Below, in pieces: positions 37,284 through 52,008 of a stretch of 64,000 nt of DNA. The stretch lies in assembly GCF_009914755.1 (NCBI RefSeq), contig NC_060925.1. One strand, written 5' to 3'. Made by a program: the position numbers and the translations under genes. The DNA comes from the human T2T-CHM13v2.0 reference genome, Homo sapiens. Positions within the stretch are counted from its first letter, which is position 1, and every line of letters starts with the position of its first letter. The notes beneath the pieces were generated by a model. That model was not told the origin of the DNA. It did no database searches and was given only the letters and a program-made list of their open reading frames with translations.

Positions 37284-37430
37284 ATGGCGACCTCCGCGAC
37301 GTCGCCGCACGCGCCTGGTTTTCCAGCTGAGGGTAGATGCGGTTACTATGTGGAAAAGAAGAAACGGTTCTGCAGGATGGTGGTGGCCGCAGGGAAAAGA
37401 TTTTGTGGTGAACACGCTGGAGCCATGGAG
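37284..37430 (+). CDS. TRMT13: tRNA:m(4)X 2'-O-methyltransferase TRM13 homolog, exon 1 (CCCH zinc finger)
   Basis: attATGG start; MATSATSPHAPG...CGYY...FCRM...FCGEH; donor GAG|gtgtgg. Confidence 0.96.
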
Positions 37431-37878
37431 GTGTGGTATCGCCCTACTCTCTCAAGAGTCGGAAATAAGTATCCTGGTCCTGTCGGTGCTGGAACCCGGC
37501 CCCTCCCCTCTTTGACAGCTTTCTGCTTGTGTCCCCTGGATTCTCCAGCTTTCACTTTAATAAACCCAGTTTTGCCCTCCTTGCGGAGCGATTATGAGTT
37601 CTAGTGATGAGAAATTTTTTATTTTTCTAAGTAAAGCGCCAGCAGTGACCCATTTATTTTGATCTATTTATCTCGATCTTAACTCATGGTAATGCTAGGT
37701 TTTAATTTTTACCCCAAGCTACCGCTCCGTCTTCCTGCTGGAAAGTGGTAGTTTAGAAAAAGTAGTGATTGAAGTCCCAAAGGTTTCACTAGTTGTGTTC
37801 TAATTGTTATTTCATGAAAGAGAAGCACTTCTCGTGAATGCGGTTGGAAGAAACTTTCTTTTAAAAATTTAGACTTGA

Positions 37879-38200
<322 letters not shown>

Positions 38201-39112
38201 TTTTTTTCGACTTACAGTTTTTAAGAATGCAACTTTGCTGGAATGGGAAGGAAAGATTTTTAAATATATACGAATTGACCTTTTACAATTGAGAACAAAG
38301 CATACAATTTTGTTTGATAATTATGCATATAAATGTACTATCAAACACTTTATATTTGTATATATGTATATTACTTTAGGATATATATGAGATGGGAAAA
38401 TAAAAACCAGAGGAGCAAAATGCTCATAGGAAGAGAGCATGTCCTTATAGTTCCACAGAACTATAAAGAATAAACCAAAGCGATCAGCATCAGATTTCAT
38501 GCTTCTGAATGTTCAGTATTATTTGCATTATTTTATTTCTTAAGGAATTTATTCTTCTAGACAATATCCAGTGCAGATCAGTCCCCTGACCCCCTTCATC
38601 TGCCACTCTCCATCATAGTTGTAGTCTACTTCCTATTTTGTTTTGACTGGCATTTACCAAAAGTGAAGCATACTGAAACAAGGACATTCTTGTTTTGGAA
38701 TATGGGAGACGTGATTTGTTGTGGGAACTCTGAATTATGCCCATAGTCTATTGACTGGTTTTGAGGGGACTGGCAAACATCCCTTGTTGAAGAATGAGAG
38801 TTATGATAGGAGAAGGATTTAGACTCCACCTTATCCAGATATATGGAAGGTGAAAACAAATAGTGATGATAGTAGAATATGAATAAATCCTTACAAGCTG
38901 ATTAGTATTCCTATAGAGGAACGACATATTGTCATTAGACACTTGAAGAGAGACCGCAAAACATCAAGTGGAAACACTTTTATTGACTACTATCTCGTTT
39001 TAAATTGTGGCTATCCTCCTGAATCTGTAATTTATGATGTAACTGGATGTTGTGTTTCCATCTTTTTTTCTAAGTGTCATATATAGCTGTGATGACACCA
39101 CTCATTTTTACC

Positions 39113-39329
39113 CAGTGGTTCTCGACTGGGACTGATTTTGCCTCCAGTGAACACTTGGCAAAATGAAGACATTTTGGTTGTCAAACTGAGGAGTATCACT
39201 GACATCTAATGGATAGAGACCAGAAATGCTGCTAAACCTCCTACAAATCACAGGACAGCCCCCTGCACTCACCCCCTCAAAAGAATTACCTGCCCAAAAC
39301 GTCAATAGTGCCAAGATTGAGAATTCCTG
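39113..39329 (+). mobile_element. MER20 (hAT-Charlie)
   Basis: cagtggttctc...gacattttggttgtca...tgctgctaaac.tcctaca...gtcaatagtgccaag.ttgagaa. Confidence 0.85.
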
Positions 39330-39926
39330 TTTCTAAATTCAACTAATAAATTTTAAATGTGCTTTTTTTTTCCTATGCTACAGTTAGGCTCTGGGGGTTA
39401 GAATAGTCTTTTACATGGAGGTTAGGATTTAAAGTCAGCAATAAGGAAGAAATTATATACAGTATTTTCTTTTTCTTCTATTGAATATATAGTATTTTCA
39501 AAAAAAAAATTTCTTAGCTTTCCCATGAAATTCAGTGTGAATAGCTTCATGGACATGCTGAGAGGCACATTCGAACAGAAATAAATTTTTAAAAGAATAA
39601 TAATAGCAGACACTTAGTCACCACTTACTCTATGTACAGCACTGGGCTAGGCAGTTTTGTTTTGTTAACTATTAGCTCACTTAATGTGTTCAAACCTTAG
39701 AAGGTAAGACATATTTTTGTTCTCATCTTTCAGATGAGGCAGTAAGCCTACCTAACTAAGGTCATAGGGATCGTAGCTGGTAGGTAGAGCTGGGTATCAT
39801 ACCTAGGCAGTCTGGCTGGCCTGTGTTCTTAACTGTTATATGACCCCTATTTATACAGATTCATGTGGAATATTGGGTAGAATTGCCAACATTATCAATT
39901 TTCCTTTCTTTTTTCCCAGTTCATAT

Positions 39927-40268
39927 AGTCATGTGCCACATAATGACATTTCAGTCAACAACAGACCGCATATATGATGGTGGTCCCATAAGGTTATAAT
40001 ACTGTATTTTTACTGTACCTTTTCTATGTTTAGATATGTTTAGATACACAAATACTTACATTGTGTTACAATTGCCTACAGTATTTAGTATGGTAACATG
40101 CTGTACAGGTTTACAGCCTAGTAGCAATAGGCTATACTATATAGGCTAGATGTACAGTAGGCTATACTATCTAGGTTTGTGTTACTATACTGTATGATGT
40201 TCTCCCAATGACAAAATCACCTAAAGATATATTTCTCAGAATGTATTCCCAGTCATTAAGTGATGTAA
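39927..40268 (-). mobile_element. Tigger3a (TcMar-Tigger)
   Basis: agtcatg...gaccgcatatatgatggtggtcccataag...actgtaccttttctatgtttagat. Confidence 0.82.
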
Positions 40269-40996
40269 CTTAGGAATGAGTAGGATGTAACTGATAGTAA
40301 AAAGTTGCAAAGCCAGTAAAATATGGCACATCCAAATGGTTAAAATGCCATGTTCCATTGTTTCTAAGAAACTTTATTTTTACATTTTAACATTCTAAAA
40401 TCAGGATACATCTTAAAATCCATATGTCAATGGGCAGCATTTTCCAAAAAATGATTAGTATGTGAGGCAATACATGTTAATTAGCTTGATTTAGCCATTC
40501 CACAATGTATACATATTTGAAAACATTATGTTGTATTAAAACCATACATAAATAATAGTGTATATTATTTTTATTGCCATAAAAATCACAATTACTTTTG
40601 TACAAACCTAATATGTGATAAATATATACAACTATTTGTCAATTAACATGAAATAGGCAGCATTTTTTTCTTTCTTGGTTGTGCATAAAATAGTCATACA
40701 TATAATAGTTGATGCTATCTTAGATTTCAGACACCATATGTAGGCCTTCTCTATACCCTGTTTGAAGCTATAGACCCTTGTTTGTCCAAAGCAGTATTTG
40801 TTCATATGTATTTAAGCCAGTACACTGGAGAGTTTTTGTTAAACCCTTGGGACCTGATTTTGCCAACTTTTCATTATGTCCTTGTAAGGTTTCCTTACCT
40901 TGTTTTGAGATTACAGAGACACTGAAGTTATATCTGGTATCTGTAAGCAATAAACTTGATATTTTATTTAAATAAATGTATCTCTTAATTTATTAG

Positions 40997-41043
40997 GAAG
41001 AAGATGCTCGGAAAAGAATCCTGTGTCCTTTAGATCCAAAACA
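40997..41043 (+). CDS. TRMT13: TRMT13 exon 2 (EEDARKRILCPLDPK), start of CHHC finger
   Basis: AG/GT flanks, 47 nt. Confidence 0.95.
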
Positions 41044-41133
41044 GTAAGTGTGGATCAGATACGGGTTTTTTTTTGTGCTGGAAACAGTAATTGGCACAAG
41101 TCTCATTTGAAATAATTTTCTCTTTAAATTTAG

Positions 41134-41200
41134 CACAGTATATGAAGATCAACTAGCAAAGCATTTGAAAAAATGTAACTCAAGAGAGAAACCAAAACCT
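41134..41200 (+). CDS. TRMT13: TRMT13 exon 3 (HTVYEDQLAKHLKKCNSREKPKP)
   Basis: AG/GT flanks, 67 nt; completes CHHC finger. Confidence 0.95.
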
Positions 41201-41316
41201 GTAAGTGTTTGATCAGTAAAATTGAATGGTGAAATGTGGTATGTAATGCCTTGGTAGATGCTGCACATGGAATGTACTTGTTTCATAGCTGAGGAACCCA
41301 AGCTCAGGAAATATAA

Positions 41317-41612
41317 TTTTTTTTTAAAGAGATAGGGTCTCACTCTGTCACTCAGGCTGGAGTGCAGTGGCGTGATCGTAGCTCACTGCAGCCTTGAACT
41401 CCTGGACTCAAGCAATCCTCTCACCTCAGCCTCATGACTAGCTGGGACTATAGGCAAACGACACCACACCTGGCTTATTTTTTTATTTTTTTATAGAGAC
41501 GGGGTTCTCGCTGTGTTGCCCAGGCTGGTCTCGAACTGCTGGTGTCAAGCAGTACTCCTGCCTCAGCCTCCCAAAGTGCTAGGATTATAGGCGTGAGCCA
41601 CCAAATCCAGCC
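41317..41612 (-). mobile_element. AluJ (minus)
   Basis: Reverse dimer. Confidence 0.87.
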
Positions 41613-42550
41613 AGGAAATACAAATATTTTTAAATTGGGTAGTAGGCAAACCTGCCTGACTTTTGTTCCATAAGTAGACATTTATTTATTACACTGTACA
41701 ATAAGGGCTGCCATGCGATCCAGGAGGTGACACCATTTCTGTCTTCCAAGGGTGCTTGGTATACAAGCTCCCTTGAAAAGGTAGTCTGGGAAAAAAGATA
41801 ATCAGTGCCTTTGCTTCTAAGACTCATAGAAAATCGAGACTTATGGGAGGATGTCTTGCAATAGCACCGCTCAGTTACTTTGACAACAAAATACTCCCAT
41901 TCATTTCCAAATGCCTCCCAGTTGAGAACCACTGGGCCAGATGGCATAAGTTTAGAAAGTATTTTTACATTAAGATGGTGTAGAAGAAAAATGATGACCC
42001 TCACCACCACCACCTACTTAGGACTTAGCCCCTTTAATAGAAAGAGAGAACATTGGCTTTGTTTGCAAATATCTTCCTTACCTAAGTTCCAGGTTTCAGT
42101 TAAAGCAAGCATGTGCAATATGTGTTCAGAGAAAAGTTTGAGAGGATAGATAAATTTATTAAAAATGGAAACCCTTGGGTGAGTTTCACTGCATACCAAC
42201 ACACAGTGGCAAGGAAATGGAGAAAAGCGGTGGAATGATGAGACGAAGAAAGAAATGCAAAGCAGTATTTATCTGGTTCACTATGTAGAGTAGGACACTT
42301 GGAACCCAGGTAAAGGCATATCACTATTCTGCTTTACTTTGGGAAACTGGTGAACAATTTTTTTAAATTTTGTATACTAAATAAAAGTTAGTTGGTTATA
42401 AATTTCTCCAGTATAAATAGTTTTCACATTTAAAAATCTAATCTACAACATAAGTTACCTGGAGCACTCTTGGCAACCATTTTGAACTAAGAGTACATCA
42501 AATTCTCATACTTAACAGCTAGTTTTCTATTATAGTTTTTTTCCGTTATC

Positions 42551-42620
42551 CAGTAAAACATTGTAATTCCTGCAGTAAAACATTGTAATTCCTGCAGTAA
42601 AACATTGTAATTCCTGCAGT
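42551..42620. repeat. 22-bp perfect tandem repeat x3.2
   Basis: cagtaaaacattgtaattcctg at 42551, 42573 and 42595, plus cagt. Confidence 0.95.
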
Positions 42621-42834
42621 CTTCACTCATTCCACTCACTCACCAGTTTCCATTGCAAGCAACACACATTCTGTCCATATAGGTAAAGCTAGCAACACAC
42701 AATCAGGATGTTACCTTTCTGCCTCCATGTAACAAAAGTCCATTTACTACACATAACATAATGTCCCCAAGAGTTATTTTCACTTTTGAAACAGGATTTG
42801 TAGAAACAGTACTTTTTCATTCATCTAGATCCAC

Positions 42835-43008
42835 ACCGTTCAGTATGGCAGCCACTAGCCACATATGACTATTTAAATTTGAATTAAAACTAAATAAAAT
42901 TAAAAATCTAGTTTCTCAGTCACACTAGTCATATTTCAGTGGCTGCCATATTGGCCAGAGCAGATGTAGAACATTTCCATCATTGCAGAAAGTTCTGTTG
43001 GACAATGG
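42835..43008. mobile_element. MER3 (hAT-Charlie)
   Basis: gcagccactagccacat...gtagaacatttccatcattgcagaaagttctgttggaca. Confidence 0.8.
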
Positions 43009-43011
43009 TAA

Positions 43012-43281
<270 letters not shown>

Positions 43282-43763
43282 TAGAAGAAATCAGACTTAT
43301 TGTTATAATATCTTTGTCTTATCTGTTTTTGGTCATGCTGCATGTCTGATAAGCAGCATTGTGTAGTTAGTACTTTGCTGTTTTTACTTTAGCACTATAA
43401 GACAAAATTATTACAGTTCTCAGTGTATGCTGTCAACAGTCTAGGCTGTAGAACTTTTAATAAGTGTTACAAATGAATTTCTTTAAACTGTAAGTGCTTA
43501 TTCAGATAATCACCTCACTAGAATATAAGATCCACGAACACATATTTTTGTCACTTTTGTTATCTACTGTGGTGGAGTGCCCAATACCTAAAGCAAACTA
43601 GGGCCTAGAGTAAATATTCAATAGTGATTTCATGAAGAAATGAATGGAGGAAGGGAGGATGGCAGGTACAGAGCAGGGGATAAAGGGAAGAATCAGTATT
43701 TTAGTTTAATTTTTGTGAGCTACACATTATTAACAGTTCTTTTATGGTTTTGTTTTTGTTAAG

Positions 43764-43826
43764 GATTTCTATATTCAAGATATTAATGCAGGCTTAAGAG
43801 ATGAAACAGAAATACCTGAACAATTA
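43764..43826 (+). CDS. TRMT13: TRMT13 exon 4 (DFYIQDINAGLRDETEIPEQL)
   Basis: AG/GT flanks, 63 nt. Confidence 0.94.
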
Positions 43827-44296
43827 GTAAGTACATTGACTTAATATTTAATTTTAAAAGATATTTATAAGCTCTCTTCATGATGTGAATAAGGCATGTT
43901 CTAATTTTTGTCTCAAGTCTGTTTTTAATTTAGAATGCATTTTCCTGTAGACTTAATATTGTTAGTGATGGTTAGTTCCTAGACCCAGACCAGCTCATGC
44001 CCCATAACAAAAGAAGCTACAATATGGCCCTGAATCCCCTTTGATTCTTGAACCCTTCTGAGCCTAGACTTGTTCTTGACCTTGAGGAAGTTAGGAAAAT
44101 TAAAGTAGCACAGCAAAGACGGAGTAGAAATTTAGCAGTTGGACAATTCTGATGGCAGCTTAGGGAAAAGGCTTGATAGAGAGAAGAGCCTAAGCTGTCA
44201 TGGGATTTGCCCAGTTGGTAAACCTCTACTCAGTCTCTGTTATGCTACTTTAAAGCAATTTTTGGCTACATTATTTAGTTTTATTTTTGTATATAG

Positions 44297-44366
44297 GTTC
44301 CAATTTCTTCTCTATCTGAAGAGCAGTTGGAAAAGTTAATTAAGAAATTGAGAAAAGCAAGTGAAG
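44297..44366 (+). CDS. TRMT13: TRMT13 exon 5 (VPISSLSEEQLEKLIKKLRKASE)
   Basis: AG/GT flanks, 70 nt. Confidence 0.94.
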
Positions 44367-44522
44367 GTAAGACTGCCTAAAGTTGCAAGTTCAATTATTT
44401 TAGAGTAATTAGGTGGTATATGAGTTGATACCATTCTGGTTTAAAATATGTTACTACTATTGTTCAGAATCCTACAATTACATGTTTGGCTGCTTAAGCT
44501 GTTGTGCTTATATTTGGCACAG

Positions 44523-44629
44523 GCTTGAATTCTACACTTAAAGATCATATTATGTCCCATCCAGCATTACACGATGCACTTAATGACCCTAAAAATGGCG
44601 ATTCTGCAACCAAGCACCTGAAACAGCAG
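44523..44629 (+). CDS. TRMT13: TRMT13 exon 6 (LNSTLKDHIMSH...KHLKQQ)
   Basis: AG/GT flanks, 107 nt. Confidence 0.94.
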
Positions 44630-44966
44630 GTATGTTTAGGCTATAGTAACTACTAAACATGGCCTTTGTTCATTTGTTAAAACTGTTTTAAATGTAATTA
44701 TTAATAAGATTTTATTTTGTTTACCTTTGAGGGTACCAAATATTTCCATTTCAAAAATATATAGAAACATATACAAAAAATTGAGGGCATGGATGTGATT
44801 CTGAGTACCGTATATTAAATATTTAAAGGCAAGAGAGAAAAATTTTAAGTCAAATACAAATTATCAATGTAAGCATACTGCCTTATGCAGAAATTACCTT
44901 GCTGTTTTCCCATTTGAACCAAATGTGTTTACTCTAGTTTATAAAATAATCTTGTGAAGTTTGCAG

Positions 44967-45134
44967 GCTTCTATTTTAGGTAACATTGAAAATTTAAAGT
45001 TACTTGGTCCAAGAAGATGCTTTGTTGAGTTTGGAGCGGGAAAGGGAAAATTATCTCATTGGGTTGATATTGCCTTAAAAGATGCTGAAAAAGTTCACTT
45101 CATCCTAGTGGAAAAGGTGACCACAAGATTCAAG
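44967..45134 (+). CDS. TRMT13: TRMT13 exon 7, SAM-binding motif VEFGAGKG
   Basis: ORF 44961..45161; AG/GT flanks, 168 nt. Confidence 0.96.
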
Positions 45135-45483
45135 GTAAGTGAAACCATTGCTCTGTGTTAGTAACCAAACTTGTTTTCATTTTTTGTATTCAGGAAAAAA
45201 GTGATAGAAACATTTCTTAAAAGAAAGGAAAGGAATTTTCTTTATCTGTTTGTTGTAGCTTTTTATTAGTTCTAATTGTATTGATAACTCAAACTGAAGG
45301 TGAATTTTTTAATCTAAGTTTTGATAGTCCATTGATCTGAATTCTTAAAATTATTTGCAGAGACAGGAAAATATATAGAAAGAGCCAAGCTCAAGCTAGG
45401 AGTTAAAAGTCTTGGGCTCTACTCCTATCTTTGCCACTTGCCCTTCATTCATTAAACAATTTTTGAGCATACTGCCAGGCCCC

Positions 45484-46960
<1,477 letters not shown>

Positions 46961-47251
46961 GTAGACAATCTTAGATAAATCACTTAAGATCTGTGAACTT
47001 CAGTTCCTTTGTCAGTGAATTGGGAATTTTTAGGGTTAAAGGAAATAATGTCTATGTAATAATTGATAAACATTTTCAAATCTTTTTTAAAAAGTGTGAT
47101 ATTTTGAAGTTCTCATCAAAGAATGTACAATCTTAATTTTTAAATATGTTCTGTTGCTCTGAATTTTGAAAACCAATAAAAATCTTTTTATTTTCATAAA
47201 GCTTTTTTAAATGTAAGAAGTGATTATTACAATAATGTTCTGTTTGTGCAG

Positions 47252-47324
47252 GTGGATGGAAAACACAGAAAGAAAAATTCAGTGTTTGAAAGACTTCAAA
47301 TTGATATTCAACACTTGTGTTTGA
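47252..47324 (+). CDS. TRMT13: TRMT13 exon 8 (VDGKHRKKNSVFERLQIDIQHLCL)
   Basis: AG/GT flanks, 73 nt. Confidence 0.94.
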
Positions 47325-48183
47325 GTAAGTTGTGTAACTTTCCATTGGTCTACAAATAAATCATAACTGTTTTAAACTCTGAGGTTGCTTAGAAATCCAA
47401 TCATGCAGAACTGTGCTTCAGGGAAAACAGTCAAATCAATTCATTGTTAATATAGAATGTTTTATATAATGTTTTTAAATAGATGTAAATTGAATTAAGG
47501 TTGAGAATTTTAAAAATTTTCAGTATCAAGTGGAAATGAAGTGTTATATTAGGGAAGAGTTTAAAAGTTTTATAATATGTACTTCTGTTGTTTCTTTGTC
47601 CTGTTTAAATTAATTTTGAGTCTGTTCAAACTATAAACTAGCCTTCTGCCTGCAGTTAACGTGACTTTACCTAAACCATGAAAGAAAATGAGATATTTCT
47701 CTGCCTAGCTAATGTGTAAAAGATACTTCCTAGAATTTTAAATTGTACAAAAGAAGTCATCACTGTGGGATTCATATTCCATACACAAAACACACACAGA
47801 CACATACACACACAAACTCCTCAATCAACCTCTGTAGTGCCCTTTTTATACCTTTTCTATTTTTCAGATTATCCAAAGAAAATAATGCAAACATATCTTT
47901 GCAACCTCTTCCATTCACCAATTTTAATCCAGCCATGAAAAGCAACCCAGCATTTGTATAGAAATCAATGTATTTAAAATTATTTAGCTGAATATATTAA
48001 CTTTCTGATGTTATGAACCCTAAACAAGTTCTTATGTTATATGTTGGGTTCCATAAAGTGATAATTTTTGTTTGAGTCTCTTTCAGGCTAAAATTCAGAG
48101 ACTCTAATTAGTTCTTTCTTTTGGAAGGCCACATTAATATGTACTTTATTTCACTAGACAGTTAATTCTCATTTCCATTTCAG

Positions 48184-48258
48184 ACAAGATTCCTGTGCTA
48201 AGAGAAGAAAAACTACCTGTGGTAGGAATTGGAAAGCATCTGTGTGGTATGGCAACAG
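48184..48258 (+). CDS. TRMT13: TRMT13 exon 9 (KIPVLREEKLPVVGIGKHLCGMAT)
   Basis: AG/GT flanks, 75 nt; conserved KHLCG motif. Confidence 0.95.
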
Positions 48259-49079
48259 GTACGTAAACATACTGATAATGTTTACATTAATGCATTAAGT
48301 TTTGGCCTAACCTGGCCCCAACCATTTCAGTGGTCTCTTTTGAATAGATATCTTATGTTTACAACTCAATAATCTTTATAGAGCACTGGCCCTGTGCTTT
48401 ATTAGATGCATAGCTTTCCTATTTATCTGCTCATATTGGCCATTTTGCAGGATGAATTAAGAGTTTTGTATGTAAATACTGCATCACATTAGACCTTAAA
48501 GTTCTTTGGGTTAAATTTCAACCAGAAAAGGAAAATAAGACCATTTATGGAAACTGTATGATTCCACCTAGAAGCTACTGATTTTTTAGAGTAGTTGCTT
48601 AGAAAGAACTCAGAAACCTCTTCTACTAAAAGACTATTGTGTTTCAGGATTCTGGGGAAAAAGAAAAAAATAAATGTTAGACAAAAAAAAAAAATCTAAG
48701 ATGTCTTGTCTTAGCACTTTGATCCATCAGATCTAGCATGGTAAAGTGGAAACAGCATGTGCTTTAGAATCAGATAGTCTAGCCTTCAGCTTTGTTGTGT
48801 AACCTTGTCAAATTACTTAACCTTTCTGAGCTTTGGTTACCTCATCTATAAAACAGAGATACTAATATATTAATAATTTACCGGGTTGCATGTAAAGTGT
48901 CTGGCACATAATAGTGCTCAATAAATGTTAATTATTGTTACATCATCTTCCTAACTTTTGCTAGTTTCATCATCTACCCATATGGATTACTTGGAGCATC
49001 CATAGATATTATTCATATTGGCTGGAAATGGCATTGAGTACTATATATTTGTGTTGGCCTTCATAGTTTTTAAGACTAT

Positions 49080-49403
49080 AGTCATGTACAACATAACGAT
49101 GATTTGGTCAACAATGGACTCATATATGACAGTGGTCCTATAAAATTATACCATATTTTTACTGTACCTTTTTTGTATTTAGATACACAAATACCATTGT
49201 GTTACAGTTGCCTACAGTATTCAGTAACATGCTGTACAGGTTTGTAGCTTAGGAGCAATAGGCTGTGCCATACACCCTAGGTGTGTAGTAGGCTACACTA
49301 CACCATCTAGGTTTGTGTAGTACACTCTGATGTTCCTACAATGATGAAATCGCCTAATGCATTTCCCAAAACATACACCAATAGTTAAGCAATGCATGAC
49401 TGT
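49080..49403 (-). mobile_element. Tigger3a (second copy)
   Basis: Termini agtcatg ... gcatgactg followed by TA; same body as the 39927 copy. Confidence 0.85.
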
Positions 49404-49716
49404 ACTTTTGCATACCTTATCTCATTTAAGCCTCATAAAAGTCTTCTAAAGTAAACCAGTTCCATCCCGGGGGTAGGAGGGAGTACACTCTTTTGACCTA
49501 CAGTGGCCATTTCTCATGTTCCACATAATTTTTTCCCTTGATTCACTGTATCTGAATCCTCCTTTTGTCTCTGCTGCAGTTGCTTACCCTTTTTGAAATT
49601 CCATTTTCTTCTCTTTTGCGATACTCTTATTTCCTGGTTCTTCCCCTACATCTATGCCATTCTTCTGTTTATTTCACAGTCTCCTTCCACTTCTGTCCTT
49701 AAAATACTAATATTCA

Positions 49717-49995
49717 GGCCAGGCACAGTGGCTTATGCCTGGAAACCCAACACTGGAGGCTGAGGTGAGATGATTGCTTGAGGCTAGGAGTTCAGGATTA
49801 GCTTGGGCACATAGGAAGACCCCATCTCTACAGAAATTTGTTGGGCACGATAGCTTGTGCATGTAGTCCCAGCTATTCAGGAGGCTGAGGTGGGAGGATC
49901 ACTTGAGCCTAAGAGTCTGAGTCTGCAGTCAACTGGGATAGCACCACTGCACTGCAGCCTGGGTGACAGAGCAAGACCCTATCTCAATCGGTCAA
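49717..49995 (+). mobile_element. AluJ
   Basis: Degenerate dimer. Confidence 0.8.
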
Positions 49996-50609
49996 TCAAT
50001 CTCAGACCCATCTGCTACACAACTAATGTGTCTTTCCCTTTAAACTCTTCGGTACTTCCTGATATAGTCCAAACTCTTTGACATAACGTTTTAGTCTCAA
50101 TCTGGCTTCAGCCTTCCTCTCTTTACATTTCCTGTCTCCTACTTTGCTGTTCAGCAACATCAAACCCTGTGTGCTTTTCCATAGACTGTACTATTTCTAC
50201 TATATCTGGAATTTCACCCCCATTCACCTACTCACCCAAACAAAACAACTGGTCAATTTTTACTCATCCTTCACCTCAGTTGTCACCACTCTCAGGGAGC
50301 TCCCTTAAATAAGATATGCCTCCTTGGTGTTATCATAATACCCTCTGCATATTTTTACCTTGTGGTATTTTAATTATCTGTTTATATATCTAATTCTTCC
50401 ACCATGCTCTGAATTTTTTGAGTATATGGTATATACTTAGTACGATGCTTGCTATATAACAGGAACACAGTGAATATTTGAATGAATGAGTAATCTTGGC
50501 TACCAATTTGCTGTGTTTCCTTGTCCCTTTCTGCATATGTGGCTTTGTCTTTTAAGTTCTTTATAAAAGATGAATTGAGATAAATTGCTAAAGCTCCTTC
50601 TAATTCTGA

Positions 50610-50896
<287 letters not shown>

Positions 50897-52008
50897 CTGA
50901 AATAACTTAATTCTTTTAATAATTTATCTGGTTATTCACATTTCTGAAAATCACTTACTTAAGTCAAATATGAATAAAACAATGACTAAATGTATTTTGT
51001 CAGAAAATAATAGTTTATGAAATAATAGATTAGCTATCACTTTCTGCAAATAATGGGTTTCTAATGTTTGTTGACTTAAATTCATATATTGAATTAAATT
51101 TACTAGTGAAATATCAGATCATTTAATAGTCATTTGTGATATCTTAGGGTAATAAAATTTTAAAATATGTATATGTTTTTGATTGAACAGACACAACATG
51201 ACAATCTAATGATTAAGAAGATATGGGTCCTACGTTTTGGGTCTTTCCAGTATTGTCAACAGTGTAGGAGTTTTCGATGGGAAATAGCCATAGTCATCAA
51301 AAATCCATTTATTTAGTTTTAAAATATACTAAAATATTTTCATTGTAATGTGGAGTACATCTGCCTCTTAAGTTTGTGTATATTAATAATTGTATCCTCA
51401 GTGCTTTGCACATGAAAGGCATTCAGTAAATGTTTGTTAAATAAATGAATAAATACAGTAAGGCTACTCAGTGAGGCCTGCTTTCCAGATTCTGTTCTGA
51501 CGCCCTCTTTTCAACTCTTCAGTTCATCACTATTTGCTATGAGCCTCTTCAAGACAAGCATCTTGACCTAGCATCAACCTAAACAGATTTGTCTGCCCTT
51601 CCTCCCTCCCTTCCTTCCTTCCTTCATTTTTCCTTTCTTAAACTAGAATGTAAGTGTAGGTGAATAAAGTTTTCCCATACAAGTCATTTCCTCAGCTAAG
51701 GTAGGAAAAGTGAGAGACAATTCAGGTAGTTGGGTAAAAGTTCTTCAAATTGTAGATCTTAAGCTTCAGATAGCTTTATTGGGAAGTAGGCTTTATGCAG
51801 AATAAATCATTAAAGAAATTGAGAAGATAGAAGAGCAAATTTGAATGAAGTTGATAATTCATGATAGTATTATTACAAATATAAAGCTGAGTAGGTTTTT
51901 GCTGTTTTTATTGTTGAGTTTTTAAAAACAGTACTGCTTAATAAATGTAAAAAGTATTTATTTTTAAAGATGATGTGGTTTGGGGGGGCCACATAATTGT
52001 GTTTGCAG

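Larger units (their letters stand above)
36640..37520. promoter_or_regulatory. CpG-rich bidirectional promoter of SASS6/TRMT13
   Basis: High GC/CpG against an AT-rich background; divergent ATGs at 36929(-) and 37284(+); YY1 CCGCCATCTT 36798-36807, E2F TTTGGCGC 37023-37030, ETS CTTCCGG 37112-37118 and ACCGGAAG 37262-37269. Confidence 0.9.

Noticed and set aside
37431-37604. Extension of the TRMT13 exon 1 ORF to 106 aa
   Set aside because: Read-through into intron 1 past the donor at 37431.
42551-42620. Short direct repeats as a CRISPR-like array
   Set aside because: No spacers, and eukaryotic intron context; a plain tandem repeat.
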